The notes beneath the pieces were generated by a model. It worked only from the letters and a program-made list of their open reading frames with translations. It searched no databases and was not told where the DNA came from. A stretch of 32,000 nt of DNA from the NCBI GenBank assembly GCA_024275415.1, contig JAJRZD010000091.1, positions 87,470 through 119,469 of the forward strand, read 5' to 3'. Below, piece by piece: positions 25,381 to 32,000 of this stretch. The stretch's first letter is position 1; each line of letters begins with the position of its first letter. A program made the position numbers and the translations under genes. The stretch comes from an archaeon (GTDB taxonomy: Archaea > Asgardarchaeota > Thorarchaeia > Thorarchaeales > Thorarchaeaceae).

Positions 25381-25664
25381 GCGAGATAAGCCCATTGAAT
25401 ATTCTTAATCATGAACTCATCGGCCTTGAAACTCATGTAGTGGGTTCTAAAGATCCAACTCATGTTTCGAGAAAGGGTATTGTTGTGGCCGAAACAAAGG
25501 ATATGATACAACTGGAAACAGCGCAGGGTAATATACTACTCCCAAAGGATGTCTGCGTTTTCCACATCAAGCTTCCTGATGGCACAACCGTTCAAGTCGA
25601 TGGTAATCTCCTTCGGGGTCGTCCTGAGGATCGGTTGAAGAAGCGCCACAAGAGGAGATGGTAG
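25377..25664 (+). CDS. rnp1: Ribonuclease P subunit Rpp29/POP4
   Basis: HELIGLET, GIVVAETK, LPKDVCVF, GRPEDRLK; conserved position in the operon. Confidence 0.92.
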   Translation: MSEISPLNILNHELIGLETHVVGSKDPTHVSRKGIVVAETKDMIQLETAQGNILLPKDVCVFHIKLPDGTTVQVDGNLLRGRPEDRLKKRHKRRW

Positions 25665-25665
25665 A

Positions 25666-26031
25666 ATGGCTAAGAGTAAGACCAAGGTTCGGAATGTTGG
25701 AATTCCTAATGTAGAACCTCCTGAGAAAACATGTGATGATAAAAACTGCCCCTTCCATGGGAACCTCTCCCTTCGTGGAAGAGTCATGGAGGGGAAGGTG
25801 ACGAGCGTGAAGATGCACAAGGCTATCACCTTCCAGACAGACTACCTGAGCCTTGTCAAGAAATACCTCCGGTATGAGCGTCGGCGGTCAAAGAAGCATG
25901 CGTATCTACCAGCCTGCATCGAAGTAAATGTTGGAGATACAGTCAAAGTTGCAGAATGCAGGCCTTTGAGCAAGACAATCTCATTCGCTGTTGTGTCTGT
26001 CACGAAGCGAGGAGGAGTAAAGGAGGACTAA
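25666..26031 (+). CDS. rps17p: 30S ribosomal protein uS17
   Basis: CDDKNCPFHGNLSLRG, YERRRSK, ECRPLSKT. Confidence 0.96.
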   Translation: MAKSKTKVRNVGIPNVEPPEKTCDDKNCPFHGNLSLRGRVMEGKVTSVKMHKAITFQTDYLSLVKKYLRYERRRSKKHAYLPACIEVNVGDTVKVAECRPLSKTISFAVVSVTKRGGVKED

Positions 26032-26034
26032 GCC

Positions 26035-26457
26035 ATGTCACGAAAAGTCGGTAGAGGTATTCGAAAGTTCATCCCTCGCATCGCGAGAGGTCTCCCCATT
26101 GGTGCAAAAATACTATGCGCTGATAACTCTGGCGCAAAGGAATTGCAAGTGATCACCGTGTTTGGCTACAAGGGGAAGCTAAGGAAACTCGGAAAAGCTG
26201 GTATCGGTGACAGGGTGAATGTTGCGGTGACTAAGGGCAAGCAAGAGTTGCGAAAACAGGTCTTGCAGGCTGTTATTGTACGGCAACGTAAGCCCTTCAG
26301 ACGACCCGATGGCACCTGGATGCAGTTCGAGGATAACGCAGCTGTCTTGATTAAACCCGGAGGCGAACCGCAAGGATCCGAACTGAGAGGTCCTATGGCT
26401 CGTGAGGTGACTCTAATGTGGCCCCGAGTCGCAGCCATCGCATCCAAAATAGTGTGA
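26035..26457 (+). CDS. rpl14p: 50S ribosomal protein uL14
   Basis: CADNSGAKEL, AVIVRQRK, FEDNAAVLI. Confidence 0.97.
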   Translation: MSRKVGRGIRKFIPRIARGLPIGAKILCADNSGAKELQVITVFGYKGKLRKLGKAGIGDRVNVAVTKGKQELRKQVLQAVIVRQRKPFRRPDGTWMQFEDNAAVLIKPGGEPQGSELRGPMAREVTLMWPRVAAIASKIV

Positions 26458-26470
26458 GGTGTTAGCTAAA

Positions 26471-26857
26471 ATGGTAAAGAAAGTAAGTCCCAAATCCCCT
26501 CGAAAACAGCGACGCATGATATACAAATCACCTATCCACTCACACAAGAACATGCTCAAGTGTAGATTGGACGAATTCTTGCGTGAAGAGTACTCGATGC
26601 GATCACTCGTTCCTAAGAAAGGCGATCTGGTACGGATCATGCGAGGCCAGTTCCGTGAAACTGAAGGTAAGATTGTCCGAATCGACTACACTAAGATTCG
26701 AATCTATGTTGATAGTGCAACAACCACTAAATCGGACGGCAAAGAGGTACAGGTTCCGTTGCATCCATCAAATCTCATGCTAGTAAAACTTGAGCTGAAT
26801 GATGAGCGTAAGGCGCTTTTGGAGCGTAAGACCGTCCAAATCGCGGAGAGTGAGTAA
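26471..26857 (+). CDS. rpl24p: 50S ribosomal protein uL24
   Basis: PRKQRR, GDLVRIMRGQF, PLHPSNLMLVKL. Confidence 0.95.
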   Translation: MVKKVSPKSPRKQRRMIYKSPIHSHKNMLKCRLDEFLREEYSMRSLVPKKGDLVRIMRGQFRETEGKIVRIDYTKIRIYVDSATTTKSDGKEVQVPLHPSNLMLVKLELNDERKALLERKTVQIAESE

Positions 26858-27613
26858 ATGGCAAGAAGAGGTCAAAAGAAACATCTGAAGCGGCTACCCG
26901 CTCCAAAGCATTGGCCAATCAAACGCAAACATGGCAAATTCACTACAAAACCCCTTCCAGGCCCCCACGCCAAGGAGGAGTGTCTTACTCTGACAATACT
27001 CTTGCGAGAGATGATGGGACGTGCGGAGAACATGCGCGAAGTGAAAGCAATTCTCTCCTCGGGAGTGGTCCTCGTTGATGGCAGACCCCGCAAAAATCCC
27101 CGCTTCCCCGTGGGGCTCATGGATGTCATTGAGATAACATCATCAAACGACAGATATAGACTATTACCCAAGACTCGGGGTGGTTTCCGTCTAGTGTCAA
27201 TTGATGAAGATGAAAGCAAGTTCAAGCTGGCACGAATCCAGCGAAAGATGATGGCCCCTGGTGGCAAGTGTCAATTGACTCTCCACGACGGCCGCAACAT
27301 TCTACTTCCTGAGAATATGAATCCATCCGACTTTCGAACGCTAGACACTCTTGTCATTTCTATTCCCGAACAGGATCTGCTTGAGAATATCAAGATGGAA
27401 CCTGGTGCACAGGCTATTGTTACGAAGGGTCGGAATGTTGGTATGGAAGGAACGATTGTTGAAATCGAGAAACGAATTGGCACGCATGCCAGCACAGTCA
27501 CAGTACAAGACCCTGAAGGAAATAGGTTCCAGACTGCTCTGGAATATGTATTTGTCTTGGGCAAAGACCAACCCAAGATCAATCTTGGTATGTCAGGAGG
27601 GAGTGTTGAATGA
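26858..27613 (+). CDS. rps4e: 30S ribosomal protein eS4
   Basis: HLKRLPAPKHWPI, PGPH, FPVGLMDVI, LHDGRNI, YVFVLG. Confidence 0.97.
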   Translation: MARRGQKKHLKRLPAPKHWPIKRKHGKFTTKPLPGPHAKEECLTLTILLREMMGRAENMREVKAILSSGVVLVDGRPRKNPRFPVGLMDVIEITSSNDRYRLLPKTRGGFRLVSIDEDESKFKLARIQRKMMAPGGKCQLTLHDGRNILLPENMNPSDFRTLDTLVISIPEQDLLENIKMEPGAQAIVTKGRNVGMEGTIVEIEKRIGTHASTVTVQDPEGNRFQTALEYVFVLGKDQPKINLGMSGGSVE

Positions 27614-28194
27614 GTGATGTAGAACTACCCAATGAACACCTGTATCTAGAGGACTGGGAAGCATATCCAATGCGTCGTCCTTTCATATCGAAAGTTGTTG
27701 TCGATATGTGTACTGGCGGTGGTGATCCCTTGAACCGTGCGGCGCTAATCCTTGAGGAAATAACTGGCCAAAGCCCAGTTCAATCGCGGGCAAAACAGAC
27801 TGTCCGTGATTTTGGTATCCGCAGAAGAGAAGCCATCGCCGTTCGAGTCACATTACGCCATGAACGAGGAAAGGAGTTTCTCTCACGGGCACTGAAAGCA
27901 AAGGAAAATGTCCTCCTGATCAAGAATTGGGATGAGGACGGGAATTTTGCCTTTGGCATAACAGAGCACATCGATATCCCCGATGTCAAGTACGACCCAC
28001 AAAAGGGAATCCAGGGAATGAATATCACTGTGTGCTTGGAACGTCCTGGATACAGGGTGAAGCGTCGAAGGAAACAGAGGGCGAAGGTGCCCTACAGACA
28101 CCGTTTGACTCCTGAAGAAAGCATGGTCTTCATGAAGAACGAGTTCGGTGTTGAGATACTGGAAAAGGAGCGTGAGCGGACGTATCTGTTCTGA
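27610..28194 (+). CDS. rpl5p: 50S ribosomal protein uL5
   Basis: AKQTVRDFGIR, GNFAFGITEHIDIP, GMNITVCLERPG. Confidence 0.96.
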   Translation: MSDVELPNEHLYLEDWEAYPMRRPFISKVVVDMCTGGGDPLNRAALILEEITGQSPVQSRAKQTVRDFGIRRREAIAVRVTLRHERGKEFLSRALKAKENVLLIKNWDEDGNFAFGITEHIDIPDVKYDPQKGIQGMNITVCLERPGYRVKRRRKQRAKVPYRHRLTPEESMVFMKNEFGVEILEKERERTYLF

Positions 28195-28202
28195 GGTGAG
28201 CT

Positions 28203-28376
28203 ATGATGAGTAGTAGAAAAGAACAAGGAAAGCGACGGAAAAAGATGGGTAAAGGCAGCCGAACTTGCATCCGCTGCGGGACACATCAAGCAATAATCCG
28301 CTCTTACGGTCTTAATATGTGCCGACGCTGTTTTAGAGAAACGGCAGTTAAGCTCGGTTTCAAGAAAATGAGCTAG
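28203..28376 (+). CDS. rps14p: 30S ribosomal protein uS14, Zn-binding form (57 aa, missed by the ORF track)
   Basis: Manual translation: [57 protein letters not shown]. Confidence 0.95.
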   Translation: MMSSRKEQGKRRKKMGKGSRTCIRCGTHQAIIRSYGLNMCRRCFRETAVKLGFKKMS

Positions 28377-28392
28377 GGAGGTTGACAATAAG

Positions 28393-28785
28393 ATGACTAT
28401 GTTAGACCCATTGGCTGATGCGATGGCCAGTATTTACAATTGCGAAATTGTCGGAAAACCCGAGGTAGTTGTAGCTCCCGCTTCAAGTCTAATCGAGCGA
28501 GTGCTGCAGGTTATGCAGTCGCAGGGATACATCGGAGAATTCGAACGAATAGATGATGGTCGAGCAGGCAGGTTCAGGATCCAATTGATGGGGCGAACCA
28601 ACAAGTGTGGAGTTATCAAACCCAGATTCCCAGTCAAGCGTGATGGATTCGAGAGGTTTGAGAAGCAATTCCTTCCTGCTTACAATTATGGGATACTGAT
28701 AGTCACCACACCTGAAGGTGTGATGACTCATACCGAGGCGAAGAACCGCGGAATTGGCGGGAGACTTCTAGCCTATGTTTACTAA
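28393..28785 (+). CDS. rps8p: 30S ribosomal protein uS8
   Basis: [30 protein letters not shown]. Confidence 0.97.
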   Translation: MTMLDPLADAMASIYNCEIVGKPEVVVAPASSLIERVLQVMQSQGYIGEFERIDDGRAGRFRIQLMGRTNKCGVIKPRFPVKRDGFERFEKQFLPAYNYGILIVTTPEGVMTHTEAKNRGIGGRLLAYVY

Positions 28786-28798
28786 GGAGATTTGAAAG

Positions 28799-29359
28799 AT
28801 GTCAGGAGCAGCTTATGAAAAGCGAATGGAAATCCCCAGTGATTGCCAAGTGACACTTGATGGTAAGACCATCACTGTTAGTGGAGCAAAGGGAACACTG
28901 ACAAGGACATTCCACGAACCTCGCCTCAATCTTACTATTGAAGGAAATGAGGTCGTAGCATCAACAAACATCTCCAGAAAGAAGACCCGCGCACTGGTCG
29001 GAACCGCCTTGGCGCATATCCGGAATATGTGTACTGGGGTGCAGCATGGTTACGAGTACACCATGAAGATTGTCTATTCACACTTTCCCATTACTGTAGA
29101 AGTAAAAGGCGACACTGTCCATATCAAGAACTTCATCGGCGAGAGAGGAATCAGGACTGCACGACTTATTGGTGATGTTCAGGTTCGGACTACCGAAGAT
29201 GAGGTAATCATCAGTGGGATCAATATCGAACATGTGTCCCAGAGTGCCGCCAATATCCAACTTGCTACAAAGATTCGCGATAAGGACAGGCGTGTCTTCT
29301 TGGATGGGATCTATGTCATTCGCAAGCGAAAGGGCGAGGAAGTAAAATCAATAGTATAA
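28799..29359 (+). CDS. rpl6p: 50S ribosomal protein uL6
   Basis: YSHFPI, KNFIGER, VSQSAANIQ, DRRVFLDGIY. Confidence 0.96.
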   Translation: MSGAAYEKRMEIPSDCQVTLDGKTITVSGAKGTLTRTFHEPRLNLTIEGNEVVASTNISRKKTRALVGTALAHIRNMCTGVQHGYEYTMKIVYSHFPITVEVKGDTVHIKNFIGERGIRTARLIGDVQVRTTEDEVIISGINIEHVSQSAANIQLATKIRDKDRRVFLDGIYVIRKRKGEEVKSIV

Positions 29360-29371
29360 GGAGGCTTGAAG

Positions 29372-30244
29372 ATGTCGAAGAGATTACCACTTACTGAAGT
29401 ATCAGGAGTCGGTCCTGCAATGGAGGAGAAGCTCCGTGCTGCGGGAATCAAGACTGCATACTCGCTGTCCAAGGCAGACCCAGAGAAGCTTGCACAAAAG
29501 GTCGCTGGGCTTAGCGTAAAAGGCGCAGAGAAGATTATTGCAGCAGCCACGGAACTGATGCCAAAGGACACACCTCCAAAAGTAGAGAAAAAGGCTCCCA
29601 AACCAAAGGACGAACCCAAGGCAAAAGAACCAAAGACGAAGAAGGTCACAAAGCCTCCAAAGAAAGAGGTTGAAGAAAAGAAAGAACCTCCTAAGAAAAC
29701 AGAGGCGCCTAAAAAGAAACCGGCAAAGAAGCCCAAGCAAAAGGAAGAGAAAGCGAAGGCACCAAAGAAGAAAGAAGAACCTGTTGAGGTTTACGGGCCT
29801 ACTGTTGACCAGCGGTTGTTTAGGATTGGAGAGAAGAAGAAAAAGCGCAAACCAAAGTTCAGACATGAACAAGCACACCGGTGGATACGAGTGAGCGACC
29901 GCTGGAGGAAAGTACGGGGTATTGATAGTGCAACCCGTGAGAAACGTAAAGGTCGCATTGCAATGGTCAGTGTGGGTTATAGAAGCCCGAAGGCAGTCCG
30001 AGGATTACATCCCTCTGGCTACGTCGAGGCTTTGGTCTATAACACTGGCGACCTAGACAAACTGGATCCTGATGTCCATGCTGTACGGATTGCAGGGACA
30101 GTTGGAATGAGAAAGCGTCAGGACATCCTTGACAAGGCCGAGTCGAAGATGTTTCGGATACTCAATCCAGGGATTTCTGAGAGTGTTGTCGAGGACGAAC
30201 TATTCGAAGAACTTGAAGGCCTTGACGACTTGGAGGTGGATTAA
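29372..30244 (+). CDS. rpl32e: 50S ribosomal protein eL32 with N-terminal HhH domain, K/P/E-rich linker and acidic tail
   Basis: HhH LTEVSGVGPAMEEKL; core KPKFRHEQ, WRKVRGID, GYRSPKAVRGLHPSG. Confidence 0.93.
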   Translation: MSKRLPLTEVSGVGPAMEEKLRAAGIKTAYSLSKADPEKLAQKVAGLSVKGAEKIIAAATELMPKDTPPKVEKKAPKPKDEPKAKEPKTKKVTKPPKKEVEEKKEPPKKTEAPKKKPAKKPKQKEEKAKAPKKKEEPVEVYGPTVDQRLFRIGEKKKKRKPKFRHEQAHRWIRVSDRWRKVRGIDSATREKRKGRIAMVSVGYRSPKAVRGLHPSGYVEALVYNTGDLDKLDPDVHAVRIAGTVGMRKRQDILDKAESKMFRILNPGISESVVEDELFEELEGLDDLEVD

Positions 30245-30246
30245 GG

Positions 30247-30699
30247 ATGAAGCTCACTACCCAAAAACGACTTGCGGCTGATGTGATGAAGGTCGGCATG
30301 TCTCGTGTCTGGATTGACCCTGACTTTCAGGATGAGGTTAGTCTGGCCATCACTAAAGATGACATTAGACGGCTCGTAGATGAAGGAGCCATCCAAAAGA
30401 AACAGGTCATCGGGGTCAGCAGAGGCCGCGCTCGTCATGTAATGGCACAGAAACGAAAGGGGCAACGCAAGGGCCCCGGCCACAAAAAAGGGAAGGCTAC
30501 TGCGAAGCTATCAAAGAAGCATAGATGGATGCGTAAGATACGCCCTCTCAGGCGTGAGCTGAGCCGTCTTCGTGATGAAGGAAAGATTACACGTAAGGTC
30601 TATCGCGAGCTATATCTGAAAGCGAAAGGAAATGCATTCAGAAATACAGCGCATCTTAGAACCTATATAGCAGAACAGAAACTAGAGGTGTCCAAGTAA
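30247..30699 (+). CDS. rpl19e: 50S ribosomal protein eL19
   Basis: QKRLAADVMKVG, RVWIDP, GPGHKKG, LYLKAKGNAF. Confidence 0.97.
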   Translation: MKLTTQKRLAADVMKVGMSRVWIDPDFQDEVSLAITKDDIRRLVDEGAIQKKQVIGVSRGRARHVMAQKRKGQRKGPGHKKGKATAKLSKKHRWMRKIRPLRRELSRLRDEGKITRKVYRELYLKAKGNAFRNTAHLRTYIAEQKLEVSK

Positions 30700-31457
30700 T
30701 GGCACAGGGACCAACATATAGAGTAAAGTTTCGTCGCCGCAGAGAAGGAAAGACAGACTATTATCGTCGTCGTCGATTGCTGCTCTCAAGGAAACCAAGA
30801 CTGGTCATTCGCAAGACCAATACCAGGATAATCGTGCAAGTCATCAGCGCAAAGGTGGTGGGTGATATAACCCATGCTTCAGCTATCTCTACAGAACTTG
30901 ACAAGTTCGGCTGGATGGCTGGTAAGAAGAGCCTACCAGCAGCTTATCTCACAGGACTTCTTGCAGGGTTAAGAGCCAAGAACAGAGGCATCGATAACGC
31001 TATACTCGATATCGGTCTGAACCCTCCTGTCAAGGGGTCTCGAATCTATGCAGCACTAAAGGGTGTCATTGATGCCGGAATTAGTGTTCCCCATGATCCT
31101 GAAGTACTTCCTGATGAGGATCGTTTGGCAGGGAATCACATTGTTGCGGCCTACAATCACTTCACAGGACAGGAATCCCCAATGTTCTCTCGTCTTGGGA
31201 AGAAAAAGACGACAATCACAGGGATCCCGAAAGCATTCAATGCAGTAAAAAGATCGATTCTTGACATTCCAGCAGCAGAACTCAAGAAAACAAAGAAGAA
31301 GAAGGCTACAAAGCCAGCTGCTGCGAAAGCCAAGCCCGCTAAGAAGGAAAAGAAAGAGAAACCCGCACAGAAACCTCCACGTGCCGTTCCTAGAAAACCC
31401 AAGCCTAAGAAGCTGATAGCCCGTGGCAAAGGGAAGAAGGGCAAGAGGAAGAAGTAG
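30699..31457 (+). CDS. rpl18p: 50S ribosomal protein uL18 with a Lys-rich tail of about 60 aa
   Basis: RRRREGKTDY, PRLVIR, AAYLTGLLAG, LKGVIDAG. Confidence 0.96.
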   Translation: MAQGPTYRVKFRRRREGKTDYYRRRRLLLSRKPRLVIRKTNTRIIVQVISAKVVGDITHASAISTELDKFGWMAGKKSLPAAYLTGLLAGLRAKNRGIDNAILDIGLNPPVKGSRIYAALKGVIDAGISVPHDPEVLPDEDRLAGNHIVAAYNHFTGQESPMFSRLGKKKTTITGIPKAFNAVKRSILDIPAAELKKTKKKKATKPAAAKAKPAKKEKKEKPAQKPPRAVPRKPKPKKLIARGKGKKGKRKK

Positions 31458-31467
31458 GTGATTATGA

Positions 31468-31998
31468 ATGAGTAGACAACGAAGACGCAGGCAGCCCCGC
31501 CAAGAAGTTGATCCCCTCCAAGATTGGGTTCCTAAGACACACCTTGGACGCCTAGTAAAAGAGGGACATATCAACACAATCCAGGAGATATTCGAGAACA
31601 ACTATATCATCCGGGAACCTGAGATTGTGACGATGCTCTTTCCTGACCTCAGGCAGGAAGTGGTCGATGTGACCATGGTACAACGCCAGTCTGATAGTGG
31701 ACAACAGAAGAGCTTTCGTGTCACAGTCGTTGTGGGGAATGGCGAAGGCGTTATCGGTATTGGTGTGGGAAAGGCCCCCGAGTTTGTCCCAGCAGTACGT
31801 GCGGCTGAAACCCGTGCGAAAATGAACATCACTGTAATTCGGAGGGGCTGTGGCTCATGGGAGTGCAGATGCCATGACCCGCACAGCATCCCATTCACCA
31901 CAAATGGCAAATCTGGTTCTGTTAGGGTTTCATTGCGTCCTGCCCCCAAAGGCACAGGGCTCGTAACGGCTGATGTAGGGAAAATTGTTCTCAGGATT
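31468..31998 (+). CDS. rps5p: 30S ribosomal protein uS5, 3'-truncated by the window edge
   Basis: Manual translation: MSRQRRR..WVPKTHLGRLVKEG..EPEIV..GCGSWEC..PHSIPF..LRPAPKGTGL. Confidence 0.96.
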   Translation, partial: MSRQRRRRQPRQEVDPLQDWVPKTHLGRLVKEGHINTIQEIFENNYIIREPEIVTMLFPDLRQEVVDVTMVQRQSDSGQQKSFRVTVVVGNGEGVIGIGVGKAPEFVPAVRAAETRAKMNITVIRRGCGSWECRCHDPHSIPFTTNGKSGSVRVSLRPAPKGTGLVTADVGKIVLRI

Positions 31999-32000
31999 GC

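Noticed and set aside
24586-31601. Long antisense ORFs at 24586-25176, 29311-29736, 29402-29878 and 31056-31601
   Set aside because: They mirror the low-complexity E/K-rich tails, giving poly-S/F/L translations.

Overview
Archaeal chromosomal window, very probably from an Asgard archaeon. It combines a eukaryote-like actin with archaeal-type ribosomal proteins, SD sites and TATA/BRE promoters; a finer assignment such as Thorarchaeia is only a guess. Layout: (1) 1-7.6 kb housekeeping genes: hutH (partial), a DtxR-family regulator with a palindromic operator, hutI, a purine-type PRTase, a tRNA-modification cluster (Cgi121, THUMP, TsaC), a sugar nucleotidyltransferase and an archaetidylinositol-phosphate-synthase-like gene. 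(2) 7.6-14 kb accessory-looking block: a signal-less FG-GAP beta-propeller, an AAA_14/DUF4143 ATPase, a stand-alone primase-PriL-like Fe-S protein, a SAMHD1-like HD dNTPase, a Mini-RNase III-like protein and a wHTH-CARF regulator in inverted domain order. (3) Actin with a structured leader and hairpin terminator, followed by about 1.8 kb of decayed genes. (4) DsrE, mobA, hypD, DUF211, a single-cyclin-box TFB-like protein, a ferredoxin and wHTH proteins. (5) 23.8-32 kb ribosomal operon from uL22 to uS5 (partial), with a long structured leader and charged extensions on uS3, eL32 and uL18. Best candidate for an undescribed system: the 10.4-14.0 kb module (PriL-like Fe-S, dNTPase, RNase III-like, HTH-CARF). 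No tRNA, rRNA, CRISPR array or intact mobile element was recognised. All family calls come from motifs read by eye; no searches were run.
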